DNA of 64,000 bases from positions 151,025-215,024 of the forward strand of contig JAXLVP010000001.1 of assembly GCA_046328905.1 (NCBI GenBank), in the 5' to 3' direction. Both the position numbers and the translations under genes were made by a program. Below the pieces are notes generated by a model. The model did no database searches, had not been told where the DNA came from, and saw only the letters and a program-made list of their open reading frames with translations. Position 1 is the stretch's first letter, and each line of letters opens with the position of its first letter. Source of the stretch: Bdellovibrionota bacterium. Lineage in GTDB: Bacteria > Bdellovibrionota_C > UBA2361 > SZUA-149 > CAZDWZ01. Below are positions 55,662-64,000 of this stretch, in pieces.

Positions 55662-56924
55662 ATGACGGCTACAGAGATCGAAACCACCAAGCTGCAGCGT
55701 CTGCAGTTCCTGGCGAAGCTTCCGACCCTGCTCAATTCGTCGCTCGATCCGAAGCGAGTGACAAGTATTGCACTCCAGCATCTGAAAAAGGCGCTTTCGG
55801 CGGAGGCAGCGACTCTCTATCTTTGTACGACTTCACCGAAGGAGCTGATGTTCTGGGCCCTCGAGGGCGGGGAGAGCGGACGGCTGCAGGGAAAGAAGAT
55901 CTCGTCTGACATCGGCGTTGTCGGGTGGGTAGTTCGCCACCGGGAAGGGGTGCTGATCGCGGATGCTGCGAGCGATCCCCGATTCTATTCCGGCGTCGAC
56001 CGGGAGGGGGCGTTCGTTACCCGTAACATGATTTGCGTGCCGCTTATCGCACGCGGCGAAAAGCTTGTCGGTGCGATCCAGGTTCTGAACAAAGTGGGTG
56101 AGTCGACTTTCGTCCAAGATGACCTCGACTTCATCGAGAGCTTTGCGCATCAACTCGCTCTCGCGATTGATAATGCAATTCTTTTCCAGGAAGCGCAGAC
56201 CCGAGCGCACCAGCTGGCTGTTCTGGACCGGCGCCGACAAGAGATGATCACAGTCATCACCCATGAGTTCCGCACGCCGGTGAGTGTCATTCAAAGCGCA
56301 GCAGAGATGTTGGCTGAGGCTGAGCTGAGCAACGAGGACCGAGCGGTAATGCTTCGGACACTCCACAACGGCGTCGAACGAATGTCTGCGCTCGTCGCGA
56401 AAATCCACATGGTGTCCCATGTGACCGACGAGACGTTGAAGCTCAACCGGCAACAGATCCCGGTTTCGGGAGTCTTTCGGGACCTTCATTCATTTTTTAC
56501 GGACCCCATCGCTTCGCGAGCTCAGACGTTGGAGATGGAACTGGGCGCCGGTGTGGAGCATGTCTCGGCAGACTATACTCTGCTCTTGGTAGCGCTCAAA
56601 AACTTGATTTCGAACGCGATCCGTTCCACCCCCGATGGCGGCGTCATTCGGCTCGCGGCGAGGAAGCACGCCGGCCTGGTGGAGCTGTCCGTCGCTGACA
56701 ATGGAATCGGAATCTCGGCGGCGGAGCTGCCGCTCGTCTTTGAGAAGTTCTACGAGGTGGGGAAGGCGTCCGAGCATAGCTCGGGAACGTACGCCTTTCG
56801 CTCGAGCGGTCTCGGTCTCGGGCTTGCCGCCGTCAAGGCGATCATTCAGGCACACGGATCGGCCGTCGAAGTGCAGAGCGAGGCTGGAAAAGGAAGCGTC
56901 TTCTCTTTCTGTTTACCGGGCTAA
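55662..56924 (+). CDS. GAF-domain sensor histidine kinase
   Basis: GAF domain (GVVGWVVRHREGVLIADAASDPRF...MICVPLIARGEKLVGAIQVLNK), H-box ITHEFRTPVSVI, and HATPase VADNGIGI and GLGLGLA. Confidence 0.9.
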   Translation: MTATEIETTKLQRLQFLAKLPTLLNSSLDPKRVTSIALQHLKKALSAEAATLYLCTTSPKELMFWALEGGESGRLQGKKISSDIGVVGWVVRHREGVLIADAASDPRFYSGVDREGAFVTRNMICVPLIARGEKLVGAIQVLNKVGESTFVQDDLDFIESFAHQLALAIDNAILFQEAQTRAHQLAVLDRRRQEMITVITHEFRTPVSVIQSAAEMLAEAELSNEDRAVMLRTLHNGVERMSALVAKIHMVSHVTDETLKLNRQQIPVSGVFRDLHSFFTDPIASRAQTLEMELGAGVEHVSADYTLLLVALKNLISNAIRSTPDGGVIRLAARKHAGLVELSVADNGIGISAAELPLVFEKFYEVGKASEHSSGTYAFRSSGLGLGLAAVKAIIQAHGSAVEVQSEAGKGSVFSFCLPG

Positions 56925-57012
56925 GTTGAGCCCGAATCCCTCCAAAATTGCGTACCCGGCTGTTCGTTGGTATTCTTCGCGGAGAGATACTCTCGCGTAA
57001 GAATGCAGCTTG

Positions 57013-60000
57013 ATGAAAATTCGCGCCTCGTACAACCTTGCGCTCACATTCAGCCTGGTTGTCGTGTACTTCTCGACGGCCCGACTCGGCCTCACGATGG
57101 CGTTCGTCGCGGATCAAGTGACCGTGGTGTGGCCGCCCAGCGGTATTGCCCTGGCTGCCGTCCTCCTCTTTGGCTACCGGGTCTTTCCGGGAATTGCCAT
57201 CGGCGCTTTCTTGGCGAACGTCGCCACAAATGCTCCAGTTTCCGCTGCAATCGGGATCGCAATCGGTAACACTCTTGAGGCCGTTGTCGGAGCGGCGCTC
57301 ATACGCCGAGCTGTTTCCTTTCATCGCTCGCTCAGCCGGATCCGAGACTCGCTCTCGCTGATCATTTTCGGTGCGGTCGGCGGAACCTTGGTGAGCGCCG
57401 CCATCGGCGTCACCAGCCTTTGTGCCGCACGGGTTGAGCCTTGGGCACGATTTTTCGACCTGATTTGGGTATGGTGGCTGGGCGACGCGGTTGGCATTTT
57501 GATTGTCACTCCGTTGCTGCTGGCGGCCGGCACGCTGAGTGAGGTCGACTGGGGGGTTCTCTCGAAACGTCGGATTGAGGCAGCTGGGCTTTTCATTTCT
57601 CTCCTAGCAACTTGCTTGCTTGCTTTCTTCGGAATTTTACCGCTTGGGGCGAGCCGTCCACCACTTGAGTACACCGTATTTCCTTTTGTCGTCTGGGGTG
57701 CGCTGAGATTCGGCCGGGTCGGGACAAGTGTCGTGACGTTTGTTGCCTCCGTGCTCGCGGTCTGGGGGACACTCGAAGGATACGGTCCGTTTACAGCCGA
57801 AAGCACCCAACAGAGTCTGGTTCTGCTGCAATCGTACATGTGTTTCGTTGCAGTCACGGGGCTCCTCCTGAGCTCTGCGATGAACGAAAGAGCGGTGCTT
57901 GAGCGTCGGCGCGCTGGGGATTATTCAGTGAGCCGGCTCCTGGCAACTGCCGATCGAATCGAGGAAGTCGCACCGCTCATCTTGAAAGACCTTTGCGAAA
58001 GTCTCGGTTGGGCTGTTGGATGCCTTTGGGTATTCGATCCCGTTCGCGGGGGGTTGACCTGTTCGGCTTTCTGGAACGCCGACCACGTCAACGTCCCCGA
58101 GTTCCGCCGAGTGTCCGAAGATCGTTTGTTCGAGCCGGGGATCGGATTGCCGGGCCGGGTTTTCTCGAGCAAGCAGCCGCTTTGGATTAGTGACGTGTTG
58201 AAGGATACAAACTTCCCCCGTGGACCTCTCGCAGAACGAGAAGGCCTTCGCGGCGCATTCGCCATCCCCATCGTCTCGGAGAGTGAAATTTATGGAGTGA
58301 TCGAGTTCTTCAACGAAGAGATGAAGCGGCCCGATGGAGACATCATCGATGCGATACAGGCGACGACACGCCAGCTGGGACAATTCATTGAGCGGTCGAA
58401 GCGGCTTGACGCCATTCAGAAGAGTGAGGAGCAGCTTCGTTTGCTGACGGACGGTCTGCCGGTGGTAATCTCGTTCGTCGACACCGAACGTCGGTATCGC
58501 TACCTCAATCGACAGTACGAGAACTGGATCGGACGGCGGCGGGAAGAGGTTTACGGAAAGACCATCCGTGAGGTTGTCGGTGACGAAGTCTATGAAGGTG
58601 TTCGTCCGTATTTCGACCGGGTGCTTGCCGGCGAGCAGGTGAAGCTCGAAAGTTGGCTTCCGAACGATCCCACTCGATGTGTCGAAGCAACGTACGTCCC
58701 GCACCGCGATCGAAACGGTCGGATCCTCGGCTTTTTTGCTGTCATCACTGACATCACTGCTCGAAAGCGTGCAGAAGATGCGCTCAGAGAGAGCGAGGAG
58801 CGCTTTCGTTTCATGGCCGACCGTGCGCCGGCTCTGATTTGGTTGAGCGACGTGAACCTTCGGTTTCTCTGGGTCAATAAGCCTTGGATCGAGTTCGTCG
58901 GGCGGCCGATCGACCTGGAGGTTGGGGACGGCTGGCGCGAAAATCTGCATCCGGACGACCGGTCTCATCAAGAAGCCGTCTTCGAAGGTGCGGCCCTTGC
59001 ACGACGGCCGTTCACCATCGAGTTCCGCATTCGACGAAGGGACGGGAGTTATCGTTGGCTGCTCGTCAACGGAATCCCGCTCGACGGTGAAGATTCCGAC
59101 TTTAGCGGCTACGTCGGTTCTTGTGTCGACATCTCTGATCGGCGTGAAGCTGAGCGTCGGCTTCACGAGGCGGACAAGCGGAAGGACGAGTTTCTCGCGA
59201 CGCTTGCCCATGAGCTACGCAATCCGTTGGCGCCGATTCGGAATGCGCTTCAGCTCATCTCGCATCCCAAAGCGGGTCCGGAGCTGCATGAAAGCTCTAA
59301 GCAGGTCATCGACCGCCAGCTCAAACAGCTCGTGCGACTGGTCGACGATCTGCTCGATGTATCACGAATTACCCGCGGAAAGGTGGACCTGCGCAGGGAA
59401 TCCTTCGATCTGCGTTCGGCGATTTCGAATGCAGTCGAAATGAGCACACCGCTCATTGAGAGCTTTCAGCACCGGCTCATCGTCGTGCAACCCGACACGC
59501 CTGTCCTTTTCCATGGGGACACGTTCCGGCTGAGCCAAGTTATTGCGAACCTGCTCAACAACGCGGCGAAATACACTGATCGCGGCGGCGAAATCCGCTT
59601 AGAGCTCAGCGTTCTCGGGGATTGGGTCGAGGTGAAGGTCACGGATAATGGAATCGGGATCGCGGAGGACGCGCTTCCGCGAATATTCGATATGTTTGCG
59701 CAGTGTCATCCGCACGAACGCGGTTATGGCGGACTCGGATTGGGCCTCACCCTGGTACGAACGCTTGTCGAGCTGCATCATGGAGCCGTTTCGGCCCAAA
59801 GTGCAGGGAGGGGGAAAGGTACCTCTGTCACCGTGAGACTGCCGCTCGATTGTGCTCCACCCGACGGTAAGGTTGCGACAGGGGTGGATGAATCGGGTGA
59901 GATCCCGATATTCAGGCCGCAACGCATTCTGGTTGTTGATGATAATCGGGACTCGGCGGATAGCCTCAGTCTGATCTTGAAGCTGTTCGGACATGACGTC

Positions 60001-60300
60001 CGGACGGTATACGACGGACCGAGCGCCGTGTCTGAAGCAAGAAGCTTTCACCCTGGTATCATCCTGCTCGACATCGGCTTGCCGGGGATGAACGGATACG
60101 AGGTGGCGCGTGAGCTACGATCTGATCCGCGTTTCAAGGATCTTGTTCTCGTTGCGCAAACAGGTTGGGGCCAGGTGCATGATCGTCAGCGTGCGAAGGA
60201 TGCCGGGTTCGACCACCACTTGGTAAAGCCTATCGATACTGCACAGCTCCTCAAGCTCGTCGGCAGCGCGAACGATTCCCTCGGCGCTATTCTACACTGA
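57013..60300 (+). CDS. Hybrid sensor histidine kinase (MASE1 - GAF - PAS - PAS - HisKA - HATPase - REC)
   Basis: MASE1-like membrane module (ARLGLTMAFVADQVTVVWPPSGIALAAVLLFGYR...IGNTLEAVVGA). H-box LAHELRNPLAPI and REC domain ILVVDDNRD...LLDIGLPGMNG. Confidence 0.9.
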   Translation: MKIRASYNLALTFSLVVVYFSTARLGLTMAFVADQVTVVWPPSGIALAAVLLFGYRVFPGIAIGAFLANVATNAPVSAAIGIAIGNTLEAVVGAALIRRAVSFHRSLSRIRDSLSLIIFGAVGGTLVSAAIGVTSLCAARVEPWARFFDLIWVWWLGDAVGILIVTPLLLAAGTLSEVDWGVLSKRRIEAAGLFISLLATCLLAFFGILPLGASRPPLEYTVFPFVVWGALRFGRVGTSVVTFVASVLAVWGTLEGYGPFTAESTQQSLVLLQSYMCFVAVTGLLLSSAMNERAVLERRRAGDYSVSRLLATADRIEEVAPLILKDLCESLGWAVGCLWVFDPVRGGLTCSAFWNADHVNVPEFRRVSEDRLFEPGIGLPGRVFSSKQPLWISDVLKDTNFPRGPLAEREGLRGAFAIPIVSESEIYGVIEFFNEEMKRPDGDIIDAIQATTRQLGQFIERSKRLDAIQKSEEQLRLLTDGLPVVISFVDTERRYRYLNRQYENWIGRRREEVYGKTIREVVGDEVYEGVRPYFDRVLAGEQVKLESWLPNDPTRCVEATYVPHRDRNGRILGFFAVITDITARKRAEDALRESEERFRFMADRAPALIWLSDVNLRFLWVNKPWIEFVGRPIDLEVGDGWRENLHPDDRSHQEAVFEGAALARRPFTIEFRIRRRDGSYRWLLVNGIPLDGEDSDFSGYVGSCVDISDRREAERRLHEADKRKDEFLATLAHELRNPLAPIRNALQLISHPKAGPELHESSKQVIDRQLKQLVRLVDDLLDVSRITRGKVDLRRESFDLRSAISNAVEMSTPLIESFQHRLIVVQPDTPVLFHGDTFRLSQVIANLLNNAAKYTDRGGEIRLELSVLGDWVEVKVTDNGIGIAEDALPRIFDMFAQCHPHERGYGGLGLGLTLVRTLVELHHGAVSAQSAGRGKGTSVTVRLPLDCAPPDGKVATGVDESGEIPIFRPQRILVVDDNRDSADSLSLILKLFGHDVRTVYDGPSAVSEARSFHPGIILLDIGLPGMNGYEVARELRSDPRFKDLVLVAQTGWGQVHDRQRAKDAGFDHHLVKPIDTAQLLKLVGSANDSLGAILH

Positions 60301-60344
60301 ACAGTTTTTTCGCCGAGGGAGATCTCGCGGATGTCCGCCGAAGC

Positions 60345-61679
60345 CTAGAAACCGAGCACCTTGATCAGCTCAGCTCGAAGCTCGCTTACTGCTACGCGAC
60401 GTTGTTCGAGCGTATCGCGGTCACGCAGAGTAACGGTTTGGTCTTCAAGCGTTTGGTGATCGACCGTGATGCAGATCGGGGTGCCGATTTCGTCGTGTCG
60501 TCGATAGCGCCGTCCGATGTTGCCGCTATCGTCGTACTGTGCGCTGTAGTGCTCACGAAGCGATTTGTAAATCTCGGTGGCCTTTTCCGGATGCCCGTCT
60601 TTCCGAAGCAGAGGGAAGACCGCGACCTTAATCGGCGCGATACGGGGATGAAAGCGCAGCACTGTGCGGGGATTTCCGTCGACCTGTTCTTCTGCGTACG
60701 CGTCGATGAGAAACGTCAGCACTGCGCGGTCCGTTCCCAGCGCCGGCTCCACAACGTGGGGAACGACGGTAGCCCCGGAGGTTTGGTCTCGCCACAACAG
60801 CTGCTTTCCACTATGAGTTGCATGCTGAGTCAGATCGAAATTCCCGCGGCACGCGATTCCTTCGAGCTCAGACCAGCCGAAGGGGAAGAGGTACTCGACG
60901 TCGGCGCAGGCTTTCGAGTAGTGCGCGAGCTCGTCCTGTGCGTGCGGACGCAGGCGAAGCCGATCCGGTGTGACTCCAAGATCTTTGAACCACTGCAAGC
61001 GCTGCTCTTTCCAGTAATCGAACCACTGTTCGTCGGTGCCCGGCTCGATGAAGAACTCCATTTCCATCTGCTCGAACTCAGCCGTGCGAAAAGTGAAGCG
61101 ACGGGTGGAGATCTCATTTCTGAATGATTTTCCCTGCTGCGCGATTCCGAACGGCAGCTTCACGCGGGTCGAGTCGACCACGTTCTGATAGTTGACGAAG
61201 ATTCCCTGAGCCGTTTCGGGCCGGAGATAGACCACGCTCGCAGTATCTTCGACCGGTCCGAGATGCGTCTTGAACATCAGATTGAACATACGCGGTTCAC
61301 CCCACTCGTGCTGCCCGTCTTTGGAAGCGTTGCACTTGGGCACTGTGGAGTCGATGTGGTCCGCCCGAACCCGGAGCTTGCACTTCGCGCACTCGACGAG
61401 GGGATCATGGAATCCCGCGACGTGGCCGGACGCTTCCCAAACTTTCGGGTGCATGATGATGGACGCGTCGAGGCCGACGACATCGTCTCGCAATCGAACC
61501 ATCGAGCGCCACCATGCGTCCTTGACGTTACGCTTGAGCTCGGCGCCAAGCGGGCCGTAGTCGTAACAGGAGGCCAGTCCGCCATAGATTTCACTCGAGA
61601 GAAAGATAAAGCCGCGACGCTTCGCCAGGGCGACGATGGGATCGAGGGAAGCAATGTTCGGGGTAGGCTCAGTGCTCAT
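60345..61679 (-). CDS. glyQS: Glycine--tRNA ligase (homodimeric GlyQS type)
   Basis: Start reset to MSTEPTPNI. RRGFIFLSSEIYGGLASCYDYGPLGAELKRN and FRNEISTRRFTFRTAEFEQMEMEFF are class II motifs. Confidence 0.95.
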   Translation of the reverse strand: MSTEPTPNIASLDPIVALAKRRGFIFLSSEIYGGLASCYDYGPLGAELKRNVKDAWWRSMVRLRDDVVGLDASIIMHPKVWEASGHVAGFHDPLVECAKCKLRVRADHIDSTVPKCNASKDGQHEWGEPRMFNLMFKTHLGPVEDTASVVYLRPETAQGIFVNYQNVVDSTRVKLPFGIAQQGKSFRNEISTRRFTFRTAEFEQMEMEFFIEPGTDEQWFDYWKEQRLQWFKDLGVTPDRLRLRPHAQDELAHYSKACADVEYLFPFGWSELEGIACRGNFDLTQHATHSGKQLLWRDQTSGATVVPHVVEPALGTDRAVLTFLIDAYAEEQVDGNPRTVLRFHPRIAPIKVAVFPLLRKDGHPEKATEIYKSLREHYSAQYDDSGNIGRRYRRHDEIGTPICITVDHQTLEDQTVTLRDRDTLEQRRVAVSELRAELIKVLGF

Positions 61680-61825
61680 ACAAAAACCGTCATCAGTGTT
61701 CAGCGCAACGAAACGAAAGCGGTTCGCTGCGAATTGGTTAAGAATTCGTGCAAAGGTCAGGGATAATAGCGTTTCTAGCGTGCTTTTGCTATCCTTTCTG
61801 TCGACCGGGAGCCAACTTAGAGCCA

Positions 61826-62620
61826 ATGAATTTTTTAATCTTCGATGACACAGACCTCGACCAAGCTGGACGCTTGCAGGTGAACGGTCGTCGAGCAGCG
61901 CATCTGATAGACGTGTTGCGAGTCGAGCCCGGGAAGACAGTTCGGGTTGGTAAGCTGAACGGGAACCTCGGCGATGCCGTCGTGCGCGATGCCGCCGATG
62001 GAAAAGTAACCTTGGATCTACAGCCGCTTAGCAGAGTTGTGCCCAAGGAGCTGGACGTGACGCTCATTTTGGCTACACCTCGGCCGCAGACAATCAAAAA
62101 GGTGCTGCAAAGCGCTGCGGCAATCGGAGTGTCGCGCATTTTGCTCATCGGCGCCGTGCGCGTCGAGAAAGCCTACTTCAGCTCGCCTGTGCTACGTCCT
62201 GACAGGATACGAGAAGAATTGATATTAGGTCTGGAGCAAGCAGGTGGTACCAGTCTTCCTGAAGTTACTGTGTTGCCACGCTGCCGCCCGGGGTCCCGAA
62301 GCAAGCCGGGCGCAGAAGAGCGAGCGCTCCTCGCGGAAGACGTTTCGCGCTGTGATGTAAGGCTGCTTCCGCATCCGAGCGCGGTCGTTGGGCTCGCCGA
62401 GGTGGTCTCAGGCTCGCCGAGAAACACGCGTCGCGACGGGAACGCGTCAGTTGCAATCGCCGTAGGCCCTGAGGGTGGATGGATAGATGTGGAGGTGGCT
62501 GCCTTCGAAGAATTGGGTTTCCAATCTTTCCGCTTAGGTCATAGAGTGCTGCGGGTTGAAACCGCAGTCGATGTGCTCCTCGGCCAGCTCCAGCTCCTTC
62601 GAGCGATGGATAAAGTTTAA
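61826..62620 (+). CDS. rsmE: 16S rRNA (uracil1498-N3)-methyltransferase
   Basis: Start at MNFLIFDD. GRRAAHLIDVLRV, AVGPEGGW and LGHRVLRVETA are RsmE (SPOUT) motifs. Confidence 0.88.
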   Translation: MNFLIFDDTDLDQAGRLQVNGRRAAHLIDVLRVEPGKTVRVGKLNGNLGDAVVRDAADGKVTLDLQPLSRVVPKELDVTLILATPRPQTIKKVLQSAAAIGVSRILLIGAVRVEKAYFSSPVLRPDRIREELILGLEQAGGTSLPEVTVLPRCRPGSRSKPGAEERALLAEDVSRCDVRLLPHPSAVVGLAEVVSGSPRNTRRDGNASVAIAVGPEGGWIDVEVAAFEELGFQSFRLGHRVLRVETAVDVLLGQLQLLRAMDKV

Positions 62621-62627
62621 ATCGTCA

Positions 62628-63746
62628 ATGCCAAAGCAAACTGCAGATTCCTCGAAGCGCAAGAAACGCTCCGCTCGGCAAGCTACTGAACCAGCTCCCG
62701 CGGTCGAGCCGCCTGCGCTCGACGAAGATCGCGTTGACGATCTCAACAGCACAGCGGCCGTCGAGTCGGCTGAGCTCGATGGTGAGGATGTGTTCCCGGA
62801 GGGTGGGCATCTACCGGCTCTCGATGTCACTGAGAGCGATGCCGCGTTTGATACTCCGCTGGAAGGGTCCGGAACTGAAATCGTCCCGGTCGACCCGCTG
62901 CAACGTTACCTTGCAGAGATCCGCCATCTGCCCGTGCTCACTCGCGAAGAGGAGCATGACCTCGCTGTCCGATATTTTCAAAACAGCGACCAACGGGCCG
63001 CATACAAGCTCGTGCTGGCGAACTTGAGACTCGTCGTCATGATCGCCCGGGAGTACCAGCGGAACGTGCAGAACGTTCTCGATCTGGTCCAAGAGGGCAA
63101 CATCGGGCTGCTCGAGGCGGTCAAACAATATGATCCGTTTCGCGGCATCCGGTTCCCGTCATATGCGGTGTATTGGATTCGCGCCTACATGTTGCGTTAT
63201 CTGATTAACAACCTGCGTTTGGTCAAGATCGGCACGACTCAAGCTCAAAGAAAGTTGTTCTTCAATCTCCAGAAGGAGAAAGACCGTTTGGAGGCCGAGG
63301 GATTTGTTCCTGAAGCGAAGCTCCTTGCCGACCGCCTGAAGGTGAAGGAGTCCGAGGTTATCGAAATGGAGCAGCGGCTTGCGCTACCGGACTTGAGCGT
63401 CGACGCGACCGTTCGAGGCACCGACGATTCTGCCGACCTGCACGGGATTCTCCCTGACACTGCCGAAAATGCGGAGCAGCTCGTGGTTCGGGAGCAGTTT
63501 TCCGAAGCGCTCCGAGAAGCGGTCGAGAAATTTAAGTCGGAGCTTGATGCGAAGGAAAAAGCTATAATCGACCGGCGGCTGTTCACTGAAGACCCGGCGA
63601 CATTGCAGCAGGTTGCCGACGAATTCGGACTGAGCCGTGAACGGATTCGACAGATCGAGAACCGGTTGAAAGACCGGTTGAAGGTCTATCTCCGCGAGAC
63701 TTTGAATCTGGGCGAGGAGGGTGAGGTCGATATCGGCCTCGAGTGA
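62628..63746 (+). CDS. rpoH: RpoH-like sigma-70-family factor with long acidic N-terminal extension
   Basis: RpoH box TQAQRKLFFNLQKEK, region 2 LVQEGNIGLLEAVKQYDPFRGIRFPSYAVYWIRA and region 4 LQQVADEFGLSRERIRQIE. About 88 residues precede DPLQRYL. Confidence 0.88.
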   Translation: MPKQTADSSKRKKRSARQATEPAPAVEPPALDEDRVDDLNSTAAVESAELDGEDVFPEGGHLPALDVTESDAAFDTPLEGSGTEIVPVDPLQRYLAEIRHLPVLTREEEHDLAVRYFQNSDQRAAYKLVLANLRLVVMIAREYQRNVQNVLDLVQEGNIGLLEAVKQYDPFRGIRFPSYAVYWIRAYMLRYLINNLRLVKIGTTQAQRKLFFNLQKEKDRLEAEGFVPEAKLLADRLKVKESEVIEMEQRLALPDLSVDATVRGTDDSADLHGILPDTAENAEQLVVREQFSEALREAVEKFKSELDAKEKAIIDRRLFTEDPATLQQVADEFGLSRERIRQIENRLKDRLKVYLRETLNLGEEGEVDIGLE

Positions 63747-63756
63747 ACGCAGCGAC

Positions 63757-64000
63757 ATGACTGACGAGCAACAGGGATATGGAAAGTTTGGTTCGGGCGT
63801 AGCACCCGTGCTTCAGCCGCGGCGCTCTCGCGTCGGCTCAGTGCTCAAAATCATCGCTGTTTTTGTCATTGCGGCTGCGATACCGTTCTCTTTGACCGGG
63901 TGGGGCGACTTCTACCAGAACATCGTCGAGCGCGAGCCGCCGACGATCGATCTGAAAAAGCCGCCTGTCGGACTCGGCCTCGAGCCGACAGAGATCTCGT
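63757..64000 (+). CDS. Partial membrane-anchored protein (N-terminus only; continues beyond the window)
   Basis: ATG at 63757 gives MTDEQQGYGKFGSGVAPVLQPRRSRVGSVLKIIAVFVIAAAIPFSL (TM helix), then EREPPTIDLKKPPVGLG. It is open to the window end and absent from the ORF track. Confidence 0.5.
   Translation, partial: MTDEQQGYGKFGSGVAPVLQPRRSRVGSVLKIIAVFVIAAAIPFSLTGWGDFYQNIVEREPPTIDLKKPPVGLGLEPTEIS

Noticed and set aside
1-64000. CRISPR arrays, IS elements or transposases, rRNA genes, retron or DGR reverse transcriptases, and classical defence genes
   Set aside because: I noticed no regularly spaced direct repeats, no terminal inverted repeats flanking a transposase-like ORF, no rRNA-like segments, and no RT, helicase-nuclease, Cas, restriction or abortive-infection motifs in any long ORF.

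Overview
64-kb chromosomal window from a moderately GC-rich, Gram-negative-type bacterium. A deltaproteobacterial or myxobacterial-like lineage is my inference only, based on a CarD/CdnL regulator, an RpoH-box sigma factor, Tat signals and many hybrid kinases. I call about 53 CDS, one tRNA-Val(GAC), one consensus sigma70 promoter and several hairpin terminators. I saw no rRNA, CRISPR array, transposase, integrase, reverse transcriptase or recognisable toxin-antitoxin pair. The ORF track renders TTG/GTG starts as M and often over-extends N-termini, so I re-set many starts using RBS, ATGA overlaps or domain boundaries.

Layout:
- 1-11.3 kb: mixed metabolic and secreted genes (LOG, YpfJ peptidase, Tat-GH28, DUF1328, tandem Lrp regulator, beta-lactamase-fold hydrolase, nagB and a PIG-L deacetylase).
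- 11.4-17.1 kb: a stand-alone TadE/TadE/TadG-vWA module with flanking ORFans.
- 17.4-21 kb: methyltransferase, SGNH hydrolase and a GT-C glycosyltransferase.
- 21-30 kb: DUF899, a TPR protein, then a poorly coding block of ORFans ending in 1.25 kb of apparently non-coding, hairpin-rich DNA that abuts tRNA-Val.
- 30.4-41.6 kb: housekeeping genes (rpmI-rplT, pheST, rimI, carD-ispD, rhomboid), with a GT-C plus GT2-methyltransferase fusion wedged behind pheT.
- 41.6-46.8 kb: asnB, an alpha/alpha-toroid protein and a Wzx-type flippase.
- 46.9-60.3 kb: a same-strand run of seven signalling genes plus one unknown, centred on bphO-bphP.
- 60.3-64 kb: glyQS, rsmE, an RpoH-like sigma and a partial membrane protein.

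Best candidates for something undescribed:
- the orphan Tad-like/vWA/Cys-rich module;
- the tRNA-Val-adjacent ORFan and non-coding block;
- the phytochrome-centred multi-kinase array with its embedded unknown protein;
- two long structured non-coding leaders (4.46-4.70 kb and 23.9-24.6 kb).

None of these can be proven from sequence reading alone. All family calls are motif-level recognition, not database searches.
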